Below are positions 1 through 10,057 of a stretch of DNA of 56,178 bases, piece by piece. The translations under genes were made by a program, and so were the position numbers. Under the pieces are notes generated by a model. That model did not search any database. It saw only the letters and a program-made list of their open reading frames with translations, and was not told where the DNA came from. The stretch's first letter is position 1. Every line of letters begins with the position of its first letter. This DNA is from Gemmatimonadota bacterium (lineage in GTDB: Bacteria; 4572-55; J002), in assembly GCA_003697105.1 (NCBI GenBank), contig RFFQ01000160.1:1-56178 (forward strand). Reading direction: 5' to 3'.

Positions 1-120
1 TTCTTGTCGCTTCTGTTCTGCCAGTTGTGCTTGGCGTTGGGCTTCCGCTTCTTGCCGCTTCTGTTCTGCCAGTTGTGCTTGGCGTTGGGCTTCCGCTTCT
101 TGTCGCTTCTGTTCCGCCAA
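1..120. repeat. 48-bp tandem repeat (about 2.5 copies visible) encoding a 16-aa coiled-coil unit
   Basis: ttcttgYcgcttctgttctgccagttgtgcttggcgttgggcttccgc starts at 1 and 49, with a partial copy from 97. Confidence 0.9.
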
Positions 121-378
121 GGCATCTGGAGCCTCTGTAGGAGTTGGTTTAGTTTCTACCGGTGGTGTTTCGGGTGTGGGGTGTTTCCTCACCGGCACTT
201 CCGGAACATCATCAATTTCGATGTAGTTTTCTACATTAGCGGGGGGCTGTTCCAACGCGATGGCATACGGTACGGGTGAAGAGAGCAACACGCCTGCCCG
301 CCACAGCCCGATTCCGACCGCCGAAACAACCAATAAGCCGCATAAGAGCATCAATAAAATTTTCGTTCCGATTTCCAT
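1..378 (-). CDS. TolA/TonB-like single-pass membrane protein, 5' part (continues past window start)
   Basis: Not in the ORF track. ATG at 378 with GGAGG upstream. Reads MEIGTKILLMLLCGLLVVSAVGIGLW (TM), then a Pro-rich linker (PTPETPPVETKPTP), then AEQKRQEAEAQRQAQL repeats, open to position 1. Confidence 0.75.
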   Translation of the reverse strand, partial: MEIGTKILLMLLCGLLVVSAVGIGLWRAGVLLSSPVPYAIALEQPPANVENYIEIDDVPEVPVRKHPTPETPPVETKPTPTEAPDALAEQKRQEAEAQRQAQLAEQKRQEAEAQRQAQLAEQKRQE

Positions 379-395
379 AATATCCTCCCATTGAA

Positions 396-3300
396 TTAAT
401 ACCGTTCCATCAACACTTCCAGACGCACGGCTGCCGCCTGACCCCATTCACTGGCTTCACCTTGATCGGCAATGATTTTACGGTAGATTCGCTTCGCTTC
501 TTCCCATCGCTGCAACTGCTCGTTCGCTAAGCCGGCTTTATACCATGCCGTGATGGGCCAAAGTGGAACATTTGGATATAAATACTTCACTTTTAAGTAT
601 TCTGTAATGGCTTCATCATAATCGCCCATCGCATAATAGCATTCCCCCATCCAATACTGAACTTCGGCGCCGAGTTCAGGATCGTCGGTCTCTAACGCCC
701 GTTGGTAGGCGGCTAATGCTTCGGCATATCGTTCTGCCTCTTGCAGAGCAAACCCGATTTTGTAATGCACTTTGGCAATATCTGGGTGGCGGGGTTGCTT
801 TTCCAACAACATATTATAAGCATCCACTGCCCGATTCCACAAATCCATTTGTTCGTAAGTTAAGCCAAGATTATATCCGGCATCAAACACAAATTCACCG
901 CTCCGGTCATTTTCGACACTATAAGTAAATGCTTTGGCGGCATTCTCATAATCTTGCAACAAAAAGCGGGTAGTTCCCTCATAATAGCTCACTTCCACGG
1001 CTAAGGGTTGTCCGGTGTACTTCGTCATAAACTCGCTGAATTTCTCCACGGCACGTTCGTACTCGTTGCGTTTGTAGTAGTACATCCCCAACCCAAAGAG
1101 GGCATCGTCGGCATATTCACTGGTCGGATAATTTTGAATGACATCCTCAAATGCCCGGCGTGCGGCATCGAGTTCATCATGCTCTAGCAAATAGGCACCT
1201 TGCTCGTAAAATAATCCGGCAATCAGGTTTGTCTCTTTGGGATACTGCTCCCGAAATCGATCCGCCGCTTTACGTGCCGTCTTAATATTGCCCAAGCGGA
1301 AATCACACACAATCTGGCCAAAAATAAAACGGGGTCGCTGCGGGAACTCATGTGCCGCCGCCAAATAGGTATTTTGGGCTTTGGTGATCTCTTCCAATTG
1401 GAGGTATGTTTCAGCCACCGCCTGATATGCTTCGATTTTAAGGGTGCTATCCGGCGTTGTCTCTAGCAATTGTTGGTAACTTTTGAGGGCAGCGCGGTAA
1501 TCCCCGGTTTCGGCGTGTAATTGCCCCACCCGGTAGAGCGACTCTCCGGCGACCTGTGTATTGGGGGATTCCGTTAAACGGGTGAGCGTCTGCACAGCAC
1601 GTTCTTTATCCCCTTGTGCCAAATAGGCGTTTGCCATACCGGAATACGCCTCACCTAAAAAGCGAGATTCCGGGTAGGTTGCGATTAAGCGTTGGTAAGC
1701 ATCCAGCGCTGGTGAAAATTGCCGTAGTTGCAAATAACAATTGCCGATTTCCAGCAAGGCTTGTTCCCCGACTTCACTGTACGGATAGGTATCATAGACA
1801 TTTTGAAAAGCGGTAATGGCACTCTGATACTGCCCTGCCCGTTGTTGGACTTGCGCAATACCAAACTGTGCCAAATAGGTCGAATTCCGATCCGGGTATC
1901 GCGCAACAGCGGCTTCATATTCGACTAGCGCTTGCGCCCGGTTGCCTTGCAATTCATAGCAATACCCAATGTAATACGCCGCTTCATCCGCCCATTCACT
2001 GTTGGCATAGTTGTCACGTAGAGTCTGATATGCCGCCAACGCTTCCGTATAGTTGCCTAATTCGCGCTGGGCATTACCGATCTGCAAATATGCCCAATCG
2101 GCAAACTCACTTTGGGGATAGGTCGCCAAATACATCTGGTAGCGGCGGAGCACCTGCATACTCCGTTCGTAGCCCGGCTGGCGGTAGGAAAGTGCCAAAT
2201 CACTTTCAATGGCTCGAATCTGTGCCTCTGCCGCAAATGGGCTATCGGGGAAATTTTGGGCAACGGCACGATATGCCTCTCCTGCCCGACTCTGGTAAGA
2301 ACGTACCTGAGCCGGCAGGTCTTCCAAGGCGGCTTTTTTGGCCAGCCAGCGGTACGTTTCCCCTAAACGGAATTGGGCATCATCAGCCAACGGGTCTTGT
2401 GGAAATTGTTGGATAAACTTCTCATACAACTGCGCCGCTTTGGCATAATCTTTCAAGTCCTCCCCATAAATCCGAGCGATTTCAAACCGCTGTTGGGAGG
2501 TAATGTTGCCACTGAGCGCCGCCTCCAGAAGGATAAACAATTGCGCCGTAGCGGTTTCATAATCTTTATCCTGATACAGCCGGATATAATCGATCCGCTG
2601 GCGGGCGGTCTCGGCCCACGTGCTGTTGCGATAGGTACTCTCAACGCGCTGGTATTCCTTCACTGCTTGGGCATAGTTGCCCAAATCTTCATAGCATTTA
2701 CCCAATTCAAACTGGGTCTCATCCGCTAAAGGGCTGGACGGATACTGGATCAGCAAATTCTGATATTCCCGAATTGCCATATCCGGCCGGTCTAGCGGGT
2801 AGTGGAAAATTTTCGCAATTTCGGCTTGCACCTGATCGGCTTGGTCTGCTAATGGATAGTCCGCCAGAAATTTGCGGTACGCACTGATGGCATTCTGAAA
2901 TTGCCCGGCGGTTTGGTAAGCGTACCCAATTTCATACTGGGCTTGTTGCGCTAAGTCCGTTTGGGGATAATCCATGATGAACCGCTCAAATTGGCTGATG
3001 GCGGCACGGGTCTGCCCCATTTCCAGTTGCACTTTTGCCAGATCAAACGTTGCCTGCATCCGGAGCGGGCTATCTGTATAGATCGAGAGGAATTGGCGTA
3101 GCGCATTCACCGCCTCCCCATACCGTTTTGCCGCCCAGTGTGCCTTTGCAATCATATATTGAGCGTTATCTGCCAATGCACTCAACGGTTTATCTTCCAG
3201 GAGTCGTTGCCACTCCACAACAGCAGAATCATAATTGGCGCGAGCAAACTCGATCTCGCCCAAACCGTACATAGCATCTTCCTGAATCTCAGCGTTGGGA

Positions 3301-4049
3301 TAGCGGCGAATCACATCTCGATACGCCTGCCGCGCAAGTTCATACTGTCGCTCTTCCGCTAGGGTCTTACCCCGTTGAAAGAGCGCTTTGGGTGCCCATT
3401 CGCTGGCACTGTAACGGGTTGAAATGGCTTCCAGAGCTTGTACAGAATTATCAAAATCCCCTACGCGACGGTAAGCAATCCCCATCTCGTAGAGGGCACG
3501 GGGGGCAAGCTCATGCGCCGGAAAGGTATCCAGCAAACGTTGGTAGGTTAAAATCGCATGTTGCAGATCATTCAATTCTGCATACGAAAAACCGGTTTTC
3601 AAAATGGCTTCCGGCACAGAGCGGTACTGCGGAAAGTTATTTTCCAATTTTTGGAAAATCCGAATGGCTTCACCGTAATCACCCCGTTGGTAGTACGCGT
3701 CGCCAAGCAAAAACGTGGCTTCGGGCACCTTGGGGCTTTGCGGATGTTCGTACAAAAAACGCTGTAAATCCTGAATTGCTTTTTCATAGTTCTTGCCGGC
3801 GTACAAAGACCGCCCTATCCCAAATTTGGCATCTGGAGCATAGATGCTCATCGGGTACTTTTGCAAAAATTCACGATACTGGTTTTCGGACATGACATAA
3901 AGCCCATCTTCATACAGCTTTTGGGCAAATTTCAGATGGGCTTCTTCCTGAGAATCTTGTGCCAGACTCACCGAATAGAAGCTGATGATTATCAAATAGA
4001 TAAACGCGACAGTACATCGAAATGGCATGTTCATTATGATGATAGTCAA
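396..4049 (-). CDS. Very large exported TPR protein (BamD/CpoB-like repeats)
   Basis: 1217 aa with an N-terminal signal peptide (..SVSLA-Q) and many 'YP.S..A..A.F.LG..Y...G.Y..A...Y..' repeats. The true start may be a few codons downstream. Confidence 0.9.
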   Translation of the reverse strand: MTIIIMNMPFRCTVAFIYLIIISFYSVSLAQDSQEEAHLKFAQKLYEDGLYVMSENQYREFLQKYPMSIYAPDAKFGIGRSLYAGKNYEKAIQDLQRFLYEHPQSPKVPEATFLLGDAYYQRGDYGEAIRIFQKLENNFPQYRSVPEAILKTGFSYAELNDLQHAILTYQRLLDTFPAHELAPRALYEMGIAYRRVGDFDNSVQALEAISTRYSASEWAPKALFQRGKTLAEERQYELARQAYRDVIRRYPNAEIQEDAMYGLGEIEFARANYDSAVVEWQRLLEDKPLSALADNAQYMIAKAHWAAKRYGEAVNALRQFLSIYTDSPLRMQATFDLAKVQLEMGQTRAAISQFERFIMDYPQTDLAQQAQYEIGYAYQTAGQFQNAISAYRKFLADYPLADQADQVQAEIAKIFHYPLDRPDMAIREYQNLLIQYPSSPLADETQFELGKCYEDLGNYAQAVKEYQRVESTYRNSTWAETARQRIDYIRLYQDKDYETATAQLFILLEAALSGNITSQQRFEIARIYGEDLKDYAKAAQLYEKFIQQFPQDPLADDAQFRLGETYRWLAKKAALEDLPAQVRSYQSRAGEAYRAVAQNFPDSPFAAEAQIRAIESDLALSYRQPGYERSMQVLRRYQMYLATYPQSEFADWAYLQIGNAQRELGNYTEALAAYQTLRDNYANSEWADEAAYYIGYCYELQGNRAQALVEYEAAVARYPDRNSTYLAQFGIAQVQQRAGQYQSAITAFQNVYDTYPYSEVGEQALLEIGNCYLQLRQFSPALDAYQRLIATYPESRFLGEAYSGMANAYLAQGDKERAVQTLTRLTESPNTQVAGESLYRVGQLHAETGDYRAALKSYQQLLETTPDSTLKIEAYQAVAETYLQLEEITKAQNTYLAAAHEFPQRPRFIFGQIVCDFRLGNIKTARKAADRFREQYPKETNLIAGLFYEQGAYLLEHDELDAARRAFEDVIQNYPTSEYADDALFGLGMYYYKRNEYERAVEKFSEFMTKYTGQPLAVEVSYYEGTTRFLLQDYENAAKAFTYSVENDRSGEFVFDAGYNLGLTYEQMDLWNRAVDAYNMLLEKQPRHPDIAKVHYKIGFALQEAERYAEALAAYQRALETDDPELGAEVQYWMGECYYAMGDYDEAITEYLKVKYLYPNVPLWPITAWYKAGLANEQLQRWEEAKRIYRKIIADQGEASEWGQAAAVRLEVLMERY

Positions 4050-4104
4050 ACCTCACCTAAAGTCCTTAGAGGTAACAAACCTGATAAAATTTCTCACGAG
4101 ATAA

Positions 4105-4133
4105 AGGATAACATATTTGGCAGACCGCGTCAA
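4105..4133 (-). promoter_or_regulatory. sigma70-type promoter for the TPR gene
   Basis: Minus strand TTGACG-17bp-TATCCT with an extended -10 TG. Confidence 0.55.
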
Positions 4134-4197
4134 CTGTGATTTTAAGGGGGCTACCCCTTCTTTCCAGTTCCATTCACGCACAATCGTGACTTTTTAA

Positions 4198-4226
4198 TTG
4201 ACAAGATGGGTACAATATGTTATCTT
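4198..4226 (+). promoter_or_regulatory. sigma70-type promoter of the left glucan operon
   Basis: TTGACA(4198-4203)-17bp-TATCTT(4221-4226) with an extended -10 TG. Confidence 0.7.
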
Positions 4227-4249
4227 TGTTCGTAAATCGAACAAAGATA
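4221..4249. promoter_or_regulatory. Palindromic operator, probably bound by the ROK repressor
   Basis: TATCTTTGTTCG-taaat-CGAACAAAGATA is a perfect 12-5-12 inverted repeat overlapping the -10. Its 23-bp core is identical to the reverse complement of 30277-30299. Confidence 0.85.
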
Positions 4250-4313
4250 TATTAGTTTCAAATATATCAATAAATTATGATTATTTTCCAGAACGCTTTA
4301 CGAGGAGGTTCTT

Positions 4314-7300
4314 ATGGCTTTCTATCGCGCCGGTCTTGCCACCTATGGGGTGGTATTGGTCTGGCTGATGCTTTTCGGGGGGATCACCACCGCCGCCGCC
4401 CAACCCAACACGGTTACGGTCGTCACAGACAATATGGGGTCTAAGCTTCAAATCGATGGTGCCGATTTTATGGTCATCGGTATGAATTGGGACTATTTCC
4501 CCATCGGCACAAACTATACCTACAGCCTTTGGTCACAACCGGATGATATTATCAGGGATGCCCTCGCCGGGGAAATGTCGCTCCTTAAAGCAATGGGGGT
4601 TAATACCATCCGAATGTATACCGGCGTCCCGCCGCGCTGGGTACAATACATTTATGAGGAATATGGGATTTATACGGTACTCAACCATTCGTTTGGACGG
4701 TATGGTGTCACCATAGATGGCGTCTATACCTACGCCACCAATTATGCCGACCCGCGGACCCGACAATTCCTGTTGGATGAAGTCAAAGCAATGGTCAATG
4801 AGTTCAAGAATACCCCGGGACTATTGATGTGGTTGCTTGGCAATGAAAATAATTACGGTTTGGTGTGGAGTTCTGCCGAAACAGAAGCCCTACCCGAAGG
4901 TGAGCAACAAGCCGCAAAAGCCCGCTATATGTACTCGCTGTTTGGGGAAGCCACCCGCCTGATTCAATCCATAGACACCAACCATCCGGTATCTATGGCA
5001 AACGGCGATATTCAATATCTGGATATTATTGCTGAAGAAGTTCCGACACTGGATATTTTCGGGACGAATGTGTATCGTGGGATTTCGGTAGGGGATCTGT
5101 TTCAAGATGTCAAAGAGAAGATGGGCATACCGGTGATGTTCACCGAATTTGGTTGCGATGCCTATAACGCGAAGGAAATGCGGGAAGATCAGTATCATCA
5201 GGCGCAAATTTTGTTGGGACAATGGCAAGAGATCTACGAGCAATCCTATGGTAAAGGACGGGTGGGCAACGCCATTGGCGGCTTAACCTTTCAATTTAGT
5301 GATGGCTGGTGGAAATATTTACAAGAAGAAAATTTAGATGTACACGATACCCATGCCTCCTGGCCCAACGGGGGGTATCCCTTTGATTATGTGGAAGGTG
5401 AAAATAACATGAACGAGGAATGGTGGGGCATTTGCGCGAAGGGTCCCACCAACGAGCGCGGACTTTACCAACTGTACCCGCGCGCCGCGTATTACGCCTT
5501 AATGCGGGCGTATGAACTTCAGCCGTATGATCCAGAAACAACGCTGGAGACAATCCGGGCTCATTTTGGGGGATTGAACCCGATGGTTGATGTCTTGCGG
5601 GCACGGGGTGATAATGCCGCTTTAACCGCCCAACGCCTCCAAAAGGTGCGGGTCAGCGGGTTGCGGATGGAATTTGAGACCATCAGCAGCGGCGGTAACA
5701 ACGTGAGCACCCCCGATAACCTAATTGCTGGGGAAGAAGGTACTTACCCTGCCTTTAAGGGGTTCGATCATCTGCAATCCTATTACGTGGATGTGGAAGC
5801 GAAGCCCGCAGATAATGTGCGGGCAACCGTTTCCATCAATTATTTGGGGCACGTGCCGGTGAATCCGATAGACGAAATCTTTTACGAAAATCGTGGCCGC
5901 CCGAAAACCGTCTTAACCCCCGATGGACGGAGCGAACTCAGCGACATCGAACGGTTAAAGGTCTATAATGCCAGTGTCTCATGGGAAAGTAAATGGTTTA
6001 ACCTTGATGGATTCTATCGCACCGGACATTATCATTGGGGATATGAAGGTGACTTTTTCGGATTGTACCGGGAAGCGAACTACGGACCCAACATCGATAC
6101 GTACAACGGTGAAGCACCACTTGGTATTGAAGTAACGGGCAAAAAAGCACTTACCGGGCTGAAAATCGCCTACGGGCCCGAACTCTGGTGGGGGGCAAAT
6201 CCGGCAGTATTGATGAAATACCAACGGCGGGTAGGTCCGTTCCAAATGACCGGTATCGTTCAAGAAGATATAGATAATCAGGTGGGTGCGGTTAGTTCCT
6301 TTGCCGTACCGGAACCGACGAATCGCAAGGCAACCCTCCATCTAAAGACGACCCGAGGAATTTTCGGTGTGGAAGTGGGCGGTATTATGTCCGGCCAAAC
6401 CAAAATTGATGAGACATTTCAGGTCATCCGTGGCTCGGAGGGGAATTACACCGTCTATCAAGATCAAATTAAAATGGAAGATACCTTTGGCGGCAAAATT
6501 AAACTCACCGCTACCAAAGGAAAAATAAAATGGTATGCGCAAGGCGCCGCCATGGGTTTGGTTGCCGATGGTGGACCCGATGCGACCCAAACTTACACGG
6601 GCTGGCGGCTCAAAGATAGCGGCAGTGGGAATCAATGGAACATTTTAAGCGGCTTTACGTACAATATCAATAGCGCGTGGCAAGTTGCACCCAATTTCCT
6701 TTGGCAAAAACCGGTTGAAGGACCGATCCCGGCCGGTGTACCGGCGCCCGGCAAACCGCGCAATATTTTGGATGACCCCTTTGCCGTGCGCAGCAACCGT
6801 GAAACGACCGCCGGCGAACTGCTCATCACTTACGACCCCACACCGGGCTCGTGGATGTACGCCTGGGATAGCGATGAAAAAGAAGATGCGAAACTCGCCG
6901 CCAGCGTCGGGTTTGTTTTCCGCCACCAACCTACCACTCAAGATGCCGCTATCGGGATTCTGGGGGATGGTCGTACAACGTTCGCCTTTGATGGCGCACC
7001 GCCGGCGCGGGATGTGTGGGAAGCATACGCTCGGGTCGTCTCTAAATTTCGTCCCGATATGGGTCTGATCGCCAATCTGTATGGCGGAATCGGTGAACCC
7101 AACGGCAATGATGCGCGCGAAATCACGCGATACGGGGTGGATGTCCGGCTCGCACTCCAACACATCAAAATTCAAACCTCCGTGAAGATCGACGATTGGG
7201 GTCCCTATGATTACCACCGCGATTTTAATTTGACGTATCCTTTGCAACTAGAAGCTGATGTCTCGCATGTTCTGGGTAAAATCGATTGGTTTGATGTCCC

Positions 7301-7478
7301 CCAAACCCGCTGGGGAGTCAATGTCAAATGGCGATCACTGGATCGAAACTCTCCCCGCTATTGCCCAGTGGAAGTGGTGAACGATATTGGTGTGCTGGAA
7401 TGCGATCCCACGGCCCCCGGTCAGGATGAGGGCAACGAATGGGAAATCCGAACCTATCTGCATGTGAACGTGCGCTAA
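4314..7478 (+). CDS. Clan GH-A glycoside hydrolase (GH2-TIM/GH158-like) fused to a probable outer-membrane beta-barrel
   Basis: GGAGG RBS and signal peptide (TTAAA-Q). WLLGNENN is the likely acid/base motif and FTEFG the likely nucleophile. The last ~600 aa are alternating hydrophobic/aromatic strands ending EWEIRTYLHVNVR. Confidence 0.7.
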   Translation: MAFYRAGLATYGVVLVWLMLFGGITTAAAQPNTVTVVTDNMGSKLQIDGADFMVIGMNWDYFPIGTNYTYSLWSQPDDIIRDALAGEMSLLKAMGVNTIRMYTGVPPRWVQYIYEEYGIYTVLNHSFGRYGVTIDGVYTYATNYADPRTRQFLLDEVKAMVNEFKNTPGLLMWLLGNENNYGLVWSSAETEALPEGEQQAAKARYMYSLFGEATRLIQSIDTNHPVSMANGDIQYLDIIAEEVPTLDIFGTNVYRGISVGDLFQDVKEKMGIPVMFTEFGCDAYNAKEMREDQYHQAQILLGQWQEIYEQSYGKGRVGNAIGGLTFQFSDGWWKYLQEENLDVHDTHASWPNGGYPFDYVEGENNMNEEWWGICAKGPTNERGLYQLYPRAAYYALMRAYELQPYDPETTLETIRAHFGGLNPMVDVLRARGDNAALTAQRLQKVRVSGLRMEFETISSGGNNVSTPDNLIAGEEGTYPAFKGFDHLQSYYVDVEAKPADNVRATVSINYLGHVPVNPIDEIFYENRGRPKTVLTPDGRSELSDIERLKVYNASVSWESKWFNLDGFYRTGHYHWGYEGDFFGLYREANYGPNIDTYNGEAPLGIEVTGKKALTGLKIAYGPELWWGANPAVLMKYQRRVGPFQMTGIVQEDIDNQVGAVSSFAVPEPTNRKATLHLKTTRGIFGVEVGGIMSGQTKIDETFQVIRGSEGNYTVYQDQIKMEDTFGGKIKLTATKGKIKWYAQGAAMGLVADGGPDATQTYTGWRLKDSGSGNQWNILSGFTYNINSAWQVAPNFLWQKPVEGPIPAGVPAPGKPRNILDDPFAVRSNRETTAGELLITYDPTPGSWMYAWDSDEKEDAKLAASVGFVFRHQPTTQDAAIGILGDGRTTFAFDGAPPARDVWEAYARVVSKFRPDMGLIANLYGGIGEPNGNDAREITRYGVDVRLALQHIKIQTSVKIDDWGPYDYHRDFNLTYPLQLEADVSHVLGKIDWFDVPQTRWGVNVKWRSLDRNSPRYCPVEVVNDIGVLECDPTAPGQDEGNEWEIRTYLHVNVR

Positions 7479-7508
7479 TCCAGACCCCTCAATGGAATAG
7501 AAAGTCCC

Positions 7509-9701
7509 ATGAACCGGTCTCAACACATCGAATCAAAAATACGTGAGTTAATCGATCACATGTCCATTGACGAGAAGGTCGGTCAACTGACCCTGATAAC
7601 GAGTGCAGAGGGGCAGATACCCGATTCCTTGCGCGAGGACATCATCGCGGGTCGAATTGGTGGCATATTGAACGAAACCCAGCGGGAGGTCATCCATGAA
7701 CTTCAACGAATTGCCACTGAAGAGAGCCGCCTCGGCATTCCACTGTTGGTCGGGCGGGATGTGATTCACGGCTTCAAAACAATTTTTCCGATCCCGTTAG
7801 GACAAGCGGCAACGTGGAATCCGACTCTTATTGAACAAGCGGCACGGATTAGTGCGCAGGAAGCCGCATCCACCGGTATCAATTGGACATTTGCCCCTAT
7901 GATGGACATCGCGCGAGACCCGCGTTGGGGGCGCATCGCGGAATCCCTCGGAGAAGACCCCTATTTGACGGGCGTTCTCGCCGCTGCAATGATACGGGGT
8001 TTTCAGGGAACAGACCTTTCCGCACCCGACAGTATTGCCGCCTGTGCCAAACATTTTGCCGGGTACGGCGCAAGCGAAAGCGGGCGGGATTACAACACCA
8101 CTAACATCCCAGAAAATGAGCTCCGAAACGTCTATTTACCCCCATTCAAAGCGGCAGTGAATGCCGGTGTCGCCTCAGTGATGACCTCCTTCAGCGATAT
8201 TGACGGCGTACCCGCCACCGCCAACGAAAAACTGCTCCGGCACATCCTGCGGGACGAATGGCAGTATGATGGACTGGTTGTCAGTGATTGGGATGCCATC
8301 TACCAACTGATTGAGCATGGATTGTGCGCCAATAGTAAAGAAGCCGCTTATGAAGCCGCAAACGCCGGCGTTGATATGGAGATGTTTAGCCAAACGTACC
8401 GCGAACACCTGCCCGAATGGGTTGCCGAGGGTAAACTATCTATGGCACAAATCGATGCTCTGGTTGCAAATGTCCTACGGATGAAATTCCGGTTGGGGCT
8501 ATTTGACCAACCTTATACGCGGGCAGAAGATTTCCCACCGGTTGCCAATGCCAGTTTCCGGCAAGCGGCATATCAGACGGCGTTGGAGAGCATCGTTTTG
8601 TTGAAAAATGAAAACCACGTGTTGCCGCTCTCTAAAACAGAGTTGCCCACACTGGCAGTTATGGGACCCTTGGCGGATGATGGTTACGAACAACTCGGTA
8701 CCTGGATTTTTGATGGTGATACCGCCCTCAGCCAAACCCCGTTACAAGCTTTACGAGCGGCAATGAACGGCGAGAATAGCCTCCGCTATGCCCGCGTGAT
8801 GGAAACAACCCGCCAAAATACACGTGAAGGTTTTGCCGGAGCAATCCAACTGGCAAAGCAATCAGAGAAAATCCTGCTTTTTCTCGGCGAGGAGTCGATC
8901 CTTTCCGGCGAGGCACATTGCCGCGCGGACATCCGCCTGCCGGGCAATCAGGAAGAATTAATCCACGAATTGGCGAAACTCGGCAAACCTTTGATCGTCG
9001 TCATCATGGCGGGCAGACCGCTGGCATTGCAAAACGTGATCGACAAGATTGATGCGCTATTGATGGCATGGCATCCGGGTACCATGGCAGGAACGGCAAT
9101 TGCCGATCTGCTACTGGGAAATGCCGCCCCATCCGGCAAACTACCGGTCACTTTTCCGCGAGTAACCGGTCAAATTCCGATCTATTACAATCAAAAAAAT
9201 ACAGGACGTCCGGCAACACCAGAAACCTACATCCACATTGATGAGATTGAACGCGGCGCACCCCAAGTATCACTGGGCAACACCTCATACCATTTTGATG
9301 TGCATTATACACCGCTTTTTCCGTTTGGGTTTGGCTTGTCGTACACCCAGTTTGAGTACCGTCATCTGCAAGTGAATCCATCGGAAATCAAATTAGGAGA
9401 GTCGATTACCATCCGTGCTAACATCCGAAACACTGGTGAGCGGGAAGCTGCGGAAATCGTGCAACTTTATGTGCGCGACCTCGTGGGCAACGTCACCCGT
9501 CCGGTGAAAGAACTCAAAGGATTTCAGAAAATCCGCTTGCAGCCCGGTGAGCAAACAACTGTAACGTTTAACCTGAGTACAGACGAGTTGGCATTTTATA
9601 ACCGTAACATGGTGCGAGTTACCGAACCGGGGGATTTCCATGTCTGGATTGGCAGCAGTTCTGCTACCGGATTGCGGGGGGAGTTTGCCATCATCCCCTG
9701 A
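7509..9701 (+). CDS. GH3 beta-glucosidase, BglX-like, cytoplasmic (no signal peptide)
   Basis: Motifs DVIHG, RDPRWGR, CAKHF and the nucleophile motif VSDW; C-terminal Fn3-like domain (EIVQLY..RPVKELKGF). Confidence 0.93.
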   Translation: MNRSQHIESKIRELIDHMSIDEKVGQLTLITSAEGQIPDSLREDIIAGRIGGILNETQREVIHELQRIATEESRLGIPLLVGRDVIHGFKTIFPIPLGQAATWNPTLIEQAARISAQEAASTGINWTFAPMMDIARDPRWGRIAESLGEDPYLTGVLAAAMIRGFQGTDLSAPDSIAACAKHFAGYGASESGRDYNTTNIPENELRNVYLPPFKAAVNAGVASVMTSFSDIDGVPATANEKLLRHILRDEWQYDGLVVSDWDAIYQLIEHGLCANSKEAAYEAANAGVDMEMFSQTYREHLPEWVAEGKLSMAQIDALVANVLRMKFRLGLFDQPYTRAEDFPPVANASFRQAAYQTALESIVLLKNENHVLPLSKTELPTLAVMGPLADDGYEQLGTWIFDGDTALSQTPLQALRAAMNGENSLRYARVMETTRQNTREGFAGAIQLAKQSEKILLFLGEESILSGEAHCRADIRLPGNQEELIHELAKLGKPLIVVIMAGRPLALQNVIDKIDALLMAWHPGTMAGTAIADLLLGNAAPSGKLPVTFPRVTGQIPIYYNQKNTGRPATPETYIHIDEIERGAPQVSLGNTSYHFDVHYTPLFPFGFGLSYTQFEYRHLQVNPSEIKLGESITIRANIRNTGEREAAEIVQLYVRDLVGNVTRPVKELKGFQKIRLQPGEQTTVTFNLSTDELAFYNRNMVRVTEPGDFHVWIGSSSATGLRGEFAIIP

Positions 9702-9744
9702 AAACCGTATAAACTTTAAGTATTTTCAGTTAGGAGGTATCACA

Positions 9745-10038
9745 ATGAATATTTTGGAAATGTTACCCAATATTGTGGCGATGATCAGTTCGTTGATAGC
9801 CATTTTTTTACTTTATAAGCTCACCCAAAAAGTGCACGGTGGCAGTCTGGAAAAAATGGTAAAATTACTCAGTATCGGCATCTTTTTTTCGGTGTTTATC
9901 CATGCCGGGTTTGAGCTGGCTGAGGTTTTTGGTTTTTTGAGTATCGCACTCCTGCGGTACGTTATGGGTGGGTTAATATCCATCGGCTCCATTTGTTTTA
10001 TCATTGCCGCGTGGATCGGCTTGAAATCCTTTGAATAG
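9745..10038 (+). CDS. Small membrane protein (3 TM, 97 aa), unknown function
   Basis: GGAGG precedes ATG 9745 (in frame with ORF 9640..10038); three hydrophobic segments. Confidence 0.7.
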   Translation: MNILEMLPNIVAMISSLIAIFLLYKLTQKVHGGSLEKMVKLLSIGIFFSVFIHAGFELAEVFGFLSIALLRYVMGGLISIGSICFIIAAWIGLKSFE

Positions 10039-10057
10039 AAAGAGAAAGAGACAAAAC

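Noticed and set aside
4-279. Plus-strand 91-aa ORF
   Set aside because: It is the antisense shadow of the minus-strand TolA-like gene, which has an SD, a TM helix and sensible composition.
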